A DNA stretch of 51,687 nt, filler included, from Diploschistes diacapsis (Eukaryota), in the NCBI GenBank assembly GCA_023645945.1. It is 3 parts of 3 records of this genome, joined end to end, with 100 filler letters (N's around TTAATTAATTAA, not from the genome) between each part and the next. Parts side by side here need not be neighbours in the genome. Positions count along the whole stretch, not along the records: positions 1 to 17,168 come from JALAIB010000464.1; positions 17,269 to 34,435 come from JALAIB010000465.1; 1 more part is not named here. One strand, 5' to 3'. Below are positions 12,524 to 22,850 of the stretch, in pieces. Under the pieces are notes generated by a model. That model had not been told where the DNA came from and made no database searches. It worked only from the letters and a program-made list of their open reading frames with translations. Every line of letters begins with the position of its first letter. The first letter of the stretch is position 1. Both the position numbers and the translations under genes were made by a program.

Positions 12524-13263
12524 TTCGAAAGTCAGAGAGATGATCTGGGGGCTAAAAGTCCGGATATAAGTGAGTAGCGGTAAATAGACGCCGGCGTCTC
12601 TGATAAGGGGGAGGAATGAGAGGGTAGGAACCGTGAAATCCTAAATCCTACGGCTCAAACTGAGTGAATTTTCAATGTTGTGTGCGATGGATGACTGGGC
12701 GGCGTGACGCCACTCTGAGTGTCGAGTGAATATTTATCAAATGACAAGATTGAATTTTAAGAGCGTGAGCACAAAATTCAAATTGGGGATATGTTCTCCG
12801 TTCAATCGAAGCAGGCGTGATGATGAATAGATTGCAAAAAGCAGCGTGGGATGCCCGCATTCGATGAATTGAAGAAGAGAAGAGGAATATGGCCAAAAAA
12901 TTGTTTTTATGTTATGTTATGTTGACTTTGCGCTGATAAAGGGTGGCTGGGAGTGAACATTCTCAGGGGAAACGTTGTAACTCACAATGCTTCCGCCGAT
13001 GGGGGCGAGGGTGGGTAACAGGACATCATTCATTGCAGTCTGTTAACTGCTATACCTAGGCTATGTGAGAACCCAGAAACTTCCAGTCCACAGCCCTGAT
13101 TCTTCGGCTAACAGAATTACAAAATTATTCCACAAGCAATTGAAGAGAGAGAGAGAGAGTGTGTGAGTGAGTGAAGAGAGAGTCACCCGCGTATGCTGCT
13201 GTTATTAACGCGACTGAAACAGAGTCATAATAAATAAACCCCCACGGTTGGGCTAGGACTCTC

Positions 13264-14175
13264 TCAAGCTGTTTTCTTTGCAAACTTGCTCCTGTCTACC
13301 CATTCCGAGAAGTTTTTGGGCCTGGATAGGTTCCTCACGTAGGATATATCTGCGGTGTATCCAGGGTCGTTGAAGAATTTGAACATTGACGATACATCGT
13401 GCGAGAGCCATAGGACAAGGCTGGCTATGAATCCATAGGTAGTCGGGATAGCTTGGCCAGTCTTTTCCATGAAAACCTTGTCGGCTTGCTCGTAAGTGAG
13501 CTCGTCCCCAGCCACTGAAATCGCCCTGTTCTTGTATGTTGGAGACTCAGCCTCTAGGAAGGCATTGGCGCCTAATGTTCCGATATCCACAGTGTCAACC
13601 ACTTGAAGAGGACGCTTCACATGATCGCGCCAGGCTGTGGAGATGATTTTGCCCATGAAGCCCCATTCGAGGTTGTCAAGGAAGAAAACTGGGCGGAGAA
13701 TGGTGTAGGTAAGCTTCGCTTGGCTTTTATTGGCAGCTTCCATCAGGTGTGCTTCAACTTTGTGCTTCGTGGCAAAGTGAGGCACGTCGGTGGGATTGAA
13801 TCCGCCATTTGCAGACCCTCTTTCAACGGACGAGAATACAAGATGTTTCACCCCTGCTTTAACCGACTCATCAACGAATGCTTTCCCTTCTACCTCTTCG
13901 CTATTGGCCTTTCCTGGCATAGTCACAAGGTACACGCCCCATGGAGAAGAGGGTAGAGATTTAAAGAGTTCCGGTGCGTTATTCAGGCCACCCTCCACTA
14001 GCCGGATGGCTGGGGATTGAGATCGTAGCCGCTTAGCAGATGCTGAAGCTGGGTCGCGCGTTACGGCGTAGATTGTATAACTTGAAGGTGAGAAGGAAGG
14101 ATGAGCAAGCAGAGACCGGAGGACCGCACCTCCTTGCTTTCCTGTCGCTCCTGTGATGAGGATTGATTTGGACAT
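13264..14175 (-). CDS. NmrA-like atypical SDR / NAD(P)-binding protein, 303 aa, intronless
   Basis: ILITGATGKQGG Rossmann motif, GVKHLVFSSV, VPHFATKHKVE and TILRPVFFLDN. Confidence 0.93.
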   Translation of the reverse strand: MSKSILITGATGKQGGAVLRSLLAHPSFSPSSYTIYAVTRDPASASAKRLRSQSPAIRLVEGGLNNAPELFKSLPSSPWGVYLVTMPGKANSEEVEGKAFVDESVKAGVKHLVFSSVERGSANGGFNPTDVPHFATKHKVEAHLMEAANKSQAKLTYTILRPVFFLDNLEWGFMGKIISTAWRDHVKRPLQVVDTVDIGTLGANAFLEAESPTYKNRAISVAGDELTYEQADKVFMEKTGQAIPTTYGFIASLVLWLSHDVSSMFKFFNDPGYTADISYVRNLSRPKNFSEWVDRSKFAKKTA

Positions 14176-14345
14176 CTCTGAGGGGAGAAAGTATACTAGA
14201 AGACTAGCAGCTAGTGTTGGGGTGGTCTACGGGATGATATCGAGGTTATAAAGGTGCTTTGAGAAGAAATTATACAGGCTTTCTGAATGAAAATGAAATA
14301 GTTGTCATCGTAGAAAGTTGTCGAGAGTTTTCCTACCTTTGAGGC

Positions 14346-14589
14346 CTATTTATACTCATACTATTCCATAGATGCAATGGATTTGTTCTCCGGTTGTAAC
14401 CCTCGAAAACTTTGTTAGATGGACGACATTTCAGTCCTGCTATCCGAAAATATCCCTTCAATGCTGCTGAATCGTGACGTTTCAGCGGAAGACGGAAGAT
14501 TTCTCGGATGACTTACTCGTCCGAAGGATTAGTCACTGTCGCACTGCGCGGTGATGTTGCAATTCCATGATGTTAGGCGGGTTCCTCCG
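14346..14589 (-). promoter_or_regulatory. Putative NmrA promoter: TATAAATAG box and a cluster of seven CGGA/TCCG half-sites
   Basis: TATAAATAG on the minus strand at 14346-14354. CGGA/TCCG at 14389, 14443, 14486, 14493, 14505, 14520 and 14586. CGG triplets are typical Zn2Cys6 half-sites; function here is inferred. Confidence 0.45.
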
Positions 14590-14667
14590 ACATACAAAGT
14601 ACTTTTTCATCCCGTATGTCATTGTTGTAAGCGGCTGTAATGACAACGCTATATGAAACCAAACTCA

Positions 14668-16312
14668 CTACTCGCATGGCAGAGACTCATTTGCAAGTTG
14701 AGCGGGACAACAATTAAACTCAGTGTGTTCAGCAAGTAATTTGGAATTTGAGCTGATCTTTTGCCCAAAGATATCGGTCCCGCATGATGGCAGGCCTTCG
14801 GATAGTCGTACGTCTGCTTCGATTGATTTGAAGCTTTCGAACCTGCGCTTGGACAGAGATGCGAGCCATTTGCCCTCTCGCGAATTCGGGCCAAGGCACT
14901 GTTGAGCGTAAAGAATTGGGAACAAAATACAGAAAGTACCCATGAATTTTCGGGACTGGTGTTCACAGAACTCAATGGAACGAAATATCTCCAGAGCCAG
15001 ACCTCTTGCATCGGTACTGATACCTAACAGAGGTAGTGGATTTGGCTCGTCATTGCACACTTCGAGTCCACGCATTTCGGCGTTCATGGCTCGGTAAAGA
15101 TCGTCCCTAATCCTAGAAGTATTATACGGAGAGCGTTGTGGAAAATCGTCACGTAACATGCCCAGTATGACTCAAACCACAACACCGAGTCAAAGAGTAG
15201 CCCATGTTCATCGAACGAAATCCTGGACGAGACGTCTGGAAACTTTTCTAGACAGCTGTCAAGATTCGACGAAGCCCATCCGCGCCACCATGCGTCGAGC
15301 TCGTCAAAGGCACGGGTGACTCTATCTTTGAGGTTCTGCAACAGGTCCTGCTGAGGAAAGCTTTGCAGGTTTGTCAGACTTTGAGAGAATCGATCATTAT
15401 CCTCTAACATGCCTGGGACTGCGCAGCCAATGTCGAGTAGATAGTCGAAAGGATCCTTGCTTTCGGGAGCCTCCTCCCACGGGACCTCTTTCCAGCTGCG
15501 CTCGGACAGAAAACTGCCCTTTCGGGTCATCATGCCTTGAGAAATGAGCAATACGCGGTTCTCGAGGAAAATTTTCCTCTCGAGTTCACTCTTATGACGA
15601 TGCGGGCCTCTGGCCTGCATAAGTCTGGCCAGCCCACCAGCATGCTGAATCCAGCCATGATGAGATGTGAATGTGACCAGCTCGAACATACTGAGCGTAG
15701 ACGTGGCTGCTAGAGTACCAATTGAAAACGCCTCTGGGCCGGCCAAATCCTTGCGGAGAGAAGCAAGCGCCTGTGTATAATACTTGGTACCCTCAACAAT
15801 GACCTTGTCCTGCAGATTTGCCTGGCCGAAGAACTTAGTACTCAGAGCATCCAGGGCTAGCGAGGCAGTGTGGCTATCTTGTGCCTGGAGAATCCACCAG
15901 CTACTGTTTCCGTATCTACGGCGGCCATCTGATAGCTTATCCATCAGGAATGAAATCAACACGTTTCGCTTAAAAGCAATACAAGGCATTCTACTGGAGA
16001 TGCTGTAATTCACTGAGTCATTCTGTGCGCTTGAAACAGAGTTCAATTTGCTATTGTCCTGATCTCTATGTGAATCTTGAGCTGATGAGCGAGAGTTGAT
16101 GACTGCTCGCTTGGCTTTCAGGCCCTCGTTTATGATGATGAGAGGCTTCTGGTAGCCCTGGCATTGCACTTTAGTATTAATACAACGCCTGCACGCCGGC
16201 TTTGCTTCATCTGAACACGGTTAGGAATATTCTCAGCTCCTCAAGGATACCCACCACACTTCACTTTGCGTTTTTTACAAGTTAGACATCCGGTGCTCCT
16301 AGGGCCCGTCAT
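14668..16312 (-). pseudogene. Zn(II)2Cys6 transcription factor with an apparent 1-nt frameshift (pseudogene or assembly error)
   Basis: Exon 1 16312-16255 plus intron 16254-16211 gives [39 protein letters not shown]. The main frame stops at 15084-15086. The family-like C-terminal block (ALEIFRSIEF..GTFCILFPILYAQQCL) lies in another frame (ORF 14668-15159), with no plausible intron near 15105. Confidence 0.75.
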
Positions 16313-16679
16313 GGTGGGAACGGAAAAGTTACTCAACCCGAAGGCTCTATACCGGTGCCCCGTGGTATAACGGGCTGAGAGGGTTCTAACGCTATTGAAC
16401 AGCAAAGCTTGAAGAAGACGTTGATGCAGCTACTTTTCTTTCTTAAAGAGCCTGAAAGTGCTAACCTTAGATGGCTAGATCTGTTCTTAGTAATATGCCA
16501 AGCCCTCCAGAGTTTAGATATACTAACGTTGAACGGTCTAGTTTCATTCAACGCGCTTTCTTCGCGAAAAGTAGTAACGCGGATTTGCTATATGGAGGGT
16601 AATTTGACCTTCGAAAACAGAGGCTTGGGTTGTTGTTTTGCGAAGACAGGTTATCACCCTTCTTTAGGCTAGCGTTTCT

Positions 16680-17168
16680 AATGTATTGAAAACAAGTAGC
16701 GCTTTACGGCTCCTTAGTTTAAAAAACAAGCAGCAATTTTCAGCTCGTATTGCTAAGATATGTAATTATTTTAGCGGCGCGCCTAGCTTATTTCGAAATA
16801 AAATAACTAAAAACGTTATTCGTCTTCCTTCTACTTTTAGAAACTAGAGTCACATTCGCATACCAATCCTTAAGTTGGTAAATTAAAGTTTTAAATAGGG
16901 TTTTATTAAAAGTATTTATTAATAAGGTATACGCGATCGTCTTCGCCGTTAATTTTATTAATCGTTAATTTATTATCCCCTTTATTTTTATTTTCGTTAA
17001 TATTTTTACTATCGATTTTACCGTTATAATAATCGTTATTTTCTTTCTCGCCCTTGCTTGCTGTTCGTTCGCTTATCGGCCTAAATTATATCCTCGAAAT
17101 AATTAATATAGATCGATAAATATATTGTATGATTAACGAATAGAAATCTTTCGTTAAAGTTTTTATAT
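16680..17168. repeat. AT-rich RIP-like degenerate sequence at contig end (probable mutated repeat)
   Basis: Rising AT content toward the gap, TpA excess and CpA/TpG scarcity with CpG retained (e.g. cgcgatcg, cgccgttaa). No intact ORF. Confidence 0.65.
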
Positions 17169-17268
17169 NNNNNNNNNNNNNNNNNNNNNNNNNNNNNNNN
17201 NNNNNNNNNNNNTTAATTAATTAANNNNNNNNNNNNNNNNNNNNNNNNNNNNNNNNNNNNNNNNNNNN
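17169..17268. other. Artificial contig-join linker (N44-TTAATTAATTAA-N44)
   Basis: Exactly 100 nt; the 12-mer gives stops in all six frames; identical to 34436-34535. Confidence 0.97.
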
Positions 17269-17682
17269 GGGTAGGATGAAGGGGAGGAGGAGGAGGGTCG
17301 ATGCTTCGATGGGTGCGATGGCGCCGCTGCTATCGCCGCCTGCAGAGATGGGGTGTGTTTATATGTAATGGTATTGCCGTTGGGTGAGATACAATGTAGG
17401 TATCCATGCAGGATTCTCCAATCCGCTCTCAAGAGGGGTATGGCGGCGCCAATCATGCCTCTCTCGGCTGCCCCCTGGTCCAGTCTCCCCGCTTTCGAAC
17501 AGTGTCCGACCTCAAAGCCTCCCCAACATCACTATCGAATGCCCCATTTCGGTGCTGATGGCTGCTCCAGGAGCGCTTCGGCATCATGTCTAGCTTCCCA
17601 TTGCGGACTTCGGGAGGCCTCCAGCTGTCCAGCCCCTCGAGTAACTGTCCAACTTGGTGGCTCAAACCATCTTTCGCTCCTA

Positions 17683-19800
17683 TCAGTTCCTGGGCCCACA
17701 AACCTTCTTCGCCTCGACCCAGATGGTAAGCTCCATCGCCACTGGCCGCCCAAAGTCCTCCGCGGGACCGCTGGACGAGTCTCCCGCGCCCTCGTTCCTA
17801 GCACTGTTGCCAAAAAGATGGTCCGCGCCATCGCCTGCTCCCTGGACTGTCTCGGTGTCTTCGAAAAGATTGTTCGTGCTGTCCTCCTTTTCCTCGTCGT
17901 CCTTTGCATCTAGGTGCTGCTGGGGAGCGCCGCCGGTGCAGTATCTGGCCTTTTTCCAAAACTCTCCGTCCGAGCCCTCGCCGGTTTCGACCTCGGTGTC
18001 GTTCAGGCGCTCGACGTAACTCCGCAGCCGTGTTGACTCTGCTTCGGGGTCCGAGACGTGAGGCTCGCTGTGGTTGATCCAGGCTTGCATCGCTGCGTGG
18101 TTGGCGCCCTCCCGCGTGGTATGAACCTCCAGAGCAAGTCTTGTGACGGGAGGTACTGAATCCGGCGCACGGACGTCAAGAAGGAACTCTTTGTGCATCT
18201 GAACCAGCCAGACCGACCTCGGAAATCGTGCTGCTCCGACAGGGAGAGCTTGCTTGTACGCAGGCTCGCGTCGAACCCGAGTTTCGACGTACATGTCCTT
18301 GTACGCTATAGTACAGCTTCCGAAGCCCTGCGTGTCGAGCGTGCTCCGAAATTCTAAATCTTCCCGTCGGTGTGCGCGTCCGAAAGAAGTTTTGTACTGC
18401 GCAAAAAACGCCGAATTCGCCAGGCCGAGTATCTGTTGATTGGCTTCCTTCAATGTGTAGAAGGGCCCATGTTTCAACGTAGCTATCTCGCGCATCGAGA
18501 TCGAGGCGGAACCGAGCGGTGGGAGCGCCTGGCCTTGGAGCACGACGAAATAGTGCCAAAGGTCTTCTTCTTCTTCTTCTTCTTCTTCTTCTTCTTCTTC
18601 TTCTTCTTCGGCCTCGTACTCTGTCTCCTCCGATCCTTCGTCCGACATTTCCTTGTGATCAATTACGGGACCGTTCAAGGCCCTGGCACCTGACGGTAGT
18701 GGATCTTGAAATACTTCGGCATCTTTTTGGCCGCTCAAAGTTCGATCTCGTGGCTCTAGGACTGCGAGGCCTCGATCTGGTTTCGGTTCAGGGCTCAGGC
18801 TTTCGATTGCAGCTGTATGGGTTCTGGACACCGCCGGGAGGCTTTTGGGTTCTCCTGCCCGCTCTTGAGATTTTCTTTTGGCCGCCCAAGCTCTCCGTTT
18901 CTCTCGCTCCCGTATTCGGAACTCGTCCCCTCGTTTAGCGATTTGTCTTTGTCTCCATACCCTGGATGCCTCGTTCTTCTTCAACCTCGCCTCTTCAGCG
19001 GACTGTTTGGACTTGGAGCGCTCCGTACTTTTCTTGGGTCTACCCAACAGATCCACACCAGGTGGCCTAGCATCGGCAACAGGAATCGATCTTGAGACCT
19101 CTAAAGGCCTGATTAATTCAGTTTCTTCTTTTGAGGAATTCGGGAGGTCTCTAGGTGTTTTGTAGACTTGCTGAGAGACGAAGAGTGGCGGGCTTGAGCT
19201 TCGTTGCGAGTTCTCAGTTAGTAGCGACTGAATATTCTGTTGCGTGGCGTGCGAAATGTCTCCTGAATCATTTCCCCCGGGATCGGACCAGATTTGCGGG
19301 GATATATGATCATTGACACCGCTTGATGGCTCGAAGAGAGTTTCCATGGATTCATTGCCACCCATAAAGGCCACAGGAGCAATCTTTCCCGTGCTTGAAG
19401 AGTCCTCGTCCGTCAATTCAGAACCATTGGTGATACAGCCTGATAAAGCAGAGAAAGGAATTCCCAGACAGTGGGGTAGAGGTACCTGGGGTCCTTCTGC
19501 TTGCTTTGAATGGGTATAACTGGATCCATCAAGCTCAGCTTGGTGCACCGGATCGGGTCTGTAGGGATGGTCTGATAGTATTGAGCTTTTCGGGCGGCTG
19601 GTATTTGCGTCCGTCGGTTCTTCCTTGACATCGACCATCTCAATATCTGACAAGTCATCCGTAAGGTCAATGATGCCAAAGCTGTGGGTTTTTGTCGGCT
19701 TGTGATCCAAATTCGATTTCGAGCTAGTTCTGCTCCTTGAAGGCGCTCCCCCTAGGAAGTTGCCAAAACGGGGCTTAGAGGGTTGCCATCGCTTATCCAT
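17683..19800 (-). CDS. Hypothetical protein, about 705 aa (disordered N-terminus, basic patch, poly-Glu, folded-looking C-terminal domain ending GPRN)
   Basis: 714-codon ORF with first ATG at 19800 and codon-biased 3' part. Confidence 0.8.
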   Translation of the reverse strand: MDKRWQPSKPRFGNFLGGAPSRSRTSSKSNLDHKPTKTHSFGIIDLTDDLSDIEMVDVKEEPTDANTSRPKSSILSDHPYRPDPVHQAELDGSSYTHSKQAEGPQVPLPHCLGIPFSALSGCITNGSELTDEDSSSTGKIAPVAFMGGNESMETLFEPSSGVNDHISPQIWSDPGGNDSGDISHATQQNIQSLLTENSQRSSSPPLFVSQQVYKTPRDLPNSSKEETELIRPLEVSRSIPVADARPPGVDLLGRPKKSTERSKSKQSAEEARLKKNEASRVWRQRQIAKRGDEFRIREREKRRAWAAKRKSQERAGEPKSLPAVSRTHTAAIESLSPEPKPDRGLAVLEPRDRTLSGQKDAEVFQDPLPSGARALNGPVIDHKEMSDEGSEETEYEAEEEEEEEEEEEEEEEDLWHYFVVLQGQALPPLGSASISMREIATLKHGPFYTLKEANQQILGLANSAFFAQYKTSFGRAHRREDLEFRSTLDTQGFGSCTIAYKDMYVETRVRREPAYKQALPVGAARFPRSVWLVQMHKEFLLDVRAPDSVPPVTRLALEVHTTREGANHAAMQAWINHSEPHVSDPEAESTRLRSYVERLNDTEVETGEGSDGEFWKKARYCTGGAPQQHLDAKDDEEKEDSTNNLFEDTETVQGAGDGADHLFGNSARNEGAGDSSSGPAEDFGRPVAMELTIWVEAKKVCGPRN
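18565..18609 (-). repeat. (GAA)15 coding trinucleotide repeat giving poly-Glu
   Basis: Fifteen perfect TTC units on the + strand. Confidence 0.95.
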
Positions 19801-20620
19801 TGTGGCCGGACCGCAACCGGGTGGCACCGAGAAGTATTTGAGACTGAGATTTATGAGAAGCTAGGAAATCTAATCAAAGGGTGCTGGCACTGGGAAGAAT
19901 ATCCTAGAGTCCGGGTAGGCTAAGCAGATAGAAATGGATCTAGCGTAAAGTGAGGTAAAGGCCTGGGAATGCACTCACAGGATTGGGAAGAGAGTGAGGA
20001 AGCTTGATACCATAGCCTAACAAAAACAAAGTGCGAGAAAGCCTTGTCAAGACAATCTGCTGGGAAAAGAAACGGCTTTAGCAAGCAGAGCAACATGGCA
20101 CTTGGTGGTAGGAGTGAGATTAGTGCTATGAAGAACTCTTTTTCTAGTCTCAGGAACTATATGCTGCACCGTGAAAGTTGCAGTATGCTAAAGCTAGCTG
20201 TTCCTAGCACAGAAGGATGGAAGTATGTAAGCGTACTTACGGAGCTAGACGAAAGACTTTGCAGAAGCACCCCCTTTCAGGGAGAAGCCTCGAACCGGCA
20301 GCACTTCCCTGGAGCAGGAGGAACGTTCAATGAGGTGTACGTTTGTATAAAGATTATGAAGGAGCTCTTGGATTTGGCACGATTCTATCAGCAAAACCGT
20401 AGTGCCCAAAGTTTGCGAGAATCTAATGTCGCTGTTGGTAGCAGAAGCCCCCATCAAAGAGAGGGTTCTTCTCTAGAAAAGGAAATTGACTCCCCTCCAT
20501 CAGTAGGATTTCCTCCTTCTGCCACAACATCCGCTTAGTACTCAGCCATGACTTGCAGAACTTCTCGCAACGCAACAACTGGAACATTTCCTCCAGCACA
20601 TCGATCTGCTGCAGAAGATT

Positions 20621-21412
20621 CTAGTCTCTGTTAGCAAGTCCCACCCGTGGAACCCATAGAATCAACTGACCGATAGAACGTTCTGATTCCGCCAACCCCA
20701 CCAATAACTCTGGGAGAGTCATGTTGTAGGGATGCTTGTTTATGTTGTTAGGGGAGTCTTCGTCATCGTTGAAGGTAGGTGGCGTAGTTTTGAGCGTACT
20801 AATCGCGTGCCCCCTCTTTGCTAACTCCATAAGCGCTTCCGCAAGAGAAATCCTCCATGCTTCCTTATCGATTGACGTAGGCATTCCTTCCTGAGTATGT
20901 AGAGGAGAAGTATCCGTCTCGAGTGTTAAAGGGGAAGATGACAAAGCTTCGACTTCTGTCGCAGACAGTTGCGACTGTGGGCCCGAGTTGCCCATAGCAG
21001 AGGAAGCACTCGACGTTGAGGTCAAAGAGCTATCATCGCCCATGAGTGTTGATGGAGAGGAAAGCAAGGTAATATCTGCAGTAGATAATTGCGGTTGTGG
21101 CTCCAGATCATCTTCCGTAATCAGAGTATTGCATTCTGAGGCTATAAACCGAGCAAAGTCAAACAAGGTATCCTCCGACATGGAGGATAACCAGCTTGAT
21201 TCCGTATACTGGGGTCGCTTGAGAGCCGCTGCAGCACCTGCCCAAGGCTTTGGGTGAGGCATGAAGCCTGATTTTGTGTCATGGTTCGACTCGGTACGGT
21301 GTGGCTCAAGTTGGCTTGCCGTATGCCTCGTATACTGGCCGTCACTATCCAGCATTTTGATCTTGGAATTTTCCGCTTTGTCCTGTAGCGAGCTTCTTGT
21401 GGTCGCCGACAT
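20621..21412 (-). CDS. Hypothetical Ser/Thr-rich protein, 263 aa
   Basis: ATG-initiated 263-codon ORF with a weak internal repeat (QPQLSTADITLLSSPSTL / QSQLSATEVEALSSSPLTL). No family recognised. Confidence 0.55.
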   Translation of the reverse strand: MSATTRSSLQDKAENSKIKMLDSDGQYTRHTASQLEPHRTESNHDTKSGFMPHPKPWAGAAAALKRPQYTESSWLSSMSEDTLFDFARFIASECNTLITEDDLEPQPQLSTADITLLSSPSTLMGDDSSLTSTSSASSAMGNSGPQSQLSATEVEALSSSPLTLETDTSPLHTQEGMPTSIDKEAWRISLAEALMELAKRGHAISTLKTTPPTFNDDEDSPNNINKHPYNMTLPELLVGLAESERSIGQLILWVPRVGLANRD

Positions 21413-22850
21413 GTTCGAATGATCAGGAGACGAGATAAGAGAGACAAAGTTCGATTACCGTTGGATTAGCTACTTACAGACACCTGCTTTGGTAGAAGAA
21501 GAGGGAAGGAACGAGCCTATGCCAAGCCGAACAACCCTATTTAGCTGTGTGAGTTGAAAGAAAGTGACCTACCCTTTAGCCTTGATTTCGATCATAGCTT
21601 GGATGAGTATACTATACTCTGTTCTCTTGATTCTTAATGCTTTGAAAAGCGGACTGAAAGAAGCTGCATGGTTGAGGAGTGGAAAGTAGGAGGTAGGAGA
21701 GTGAACCACCCAGGCCGGATATCAACTTTTATCCCAGTGGCCTTATGCAGAGAAGAATGTCTGCAACCATCAAGCTCCTACCCGGACTCTGCTCGCTTGC
21801 AGTCACAGTGCTCGATGGTCATCTTTGCTGCAGTGCTCTTGTCATGGCGTTGGGAAATTGCCGCTAGTGCTTATTTGATCATTCCACACGAAACTGAAGG
21901 ATATCGAAGGCTCTCCAAATCCATGAAAACCCTCGACGGCCATTCATCTTCTTCTATATCATAGCAGAGGACGACGAGATGTATCCAGTAGCTTGCCGGA
22001 TATGAAGCACGTGGATTGGAAGACATGGCTGGAAACAGGCTATAAAGGTGTCCTCCAGGACAACATGGCAAGCGTTGCGATGCTTGGCAAGCAGCCAGAT
22101 AGACGACATGGCTAGTAGGTAATTACACAATTGCTCGCTTTCTTTGAAAGACGGGACTCAGTTTGTGCGTCGAGGAACCCGCCATGGACAGGCTACTTAG
22201 CAGATATTCTTGCCACTAACATCCAGCCACGCTCGAAACACTCAAGCAGCAAGTAAACTCGATTTGTCAGGGCAGTTCACGCAGCAGTAGCAGTGTACTA
22301 CAGCTGGTGGAAGAAGAGCGCTTTAGAAGCAGGATGCTGATAGAACAACAAGGCCTGTGTTGGACAACAACTACAACCAGGTGGAGTACTTCGTACGACT
22401 TTGTACAACATATTCGGAACACAGAAATCTGCTGCATGCCATTGCAAGCTAGGACAATCTTAGGTCATTGTTATTGTGGCCCAATGCTCTATCACAACCG
22501 GAGGACTGGAGGGATGGTTCCTTAATGCGGCCGAATCGTATTGCTAACCAGAAATAGTGCGGTTGGGAAGAAAAGTGTGGCTTCAATGGATAGGATAGGC
22601 CAAGCAGCTGAAGCATCTAACACAAGCAAACAGTCTACTAATTCGGACCACACCCCCTTCTGCACAACGTACCATGGACAGCGTATCTGAAGGTACAAAG
22701 TATCACAGTCTTCTGGCTCCACTTGCCTGGTGGCCGAGCAGAACCAAACAAGTTCTAGTTGCCGTTTTCTAATTTCTATCTTCTTCGATCTTTGATATCT
22801 TCCGTTGCCTTCGCTTTGCTGCTGGCCGCCGATGAGCTCTCCTCTAAATC

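Noticed and set aside
17213..17224. TTAATTAATTAA as a piggyBac TTAA site or biological palindrome
   Set aside because: It sits centred in 44-nt N runs and is repeated identically at 34480-34491, so it is a synthetic linker.
18930..19000. bZIP-like basic region RLKKNEASRVWRQRQ
   Set aside because: The invariant Asn of N-x7-R aligns to Lys and no leucine zipper follows.
20044..22722. Assorted 66-164 aa ORFs flanking the 263-aa gene
   Set aside because: No domain motifs, codon bias or splice-supported models.
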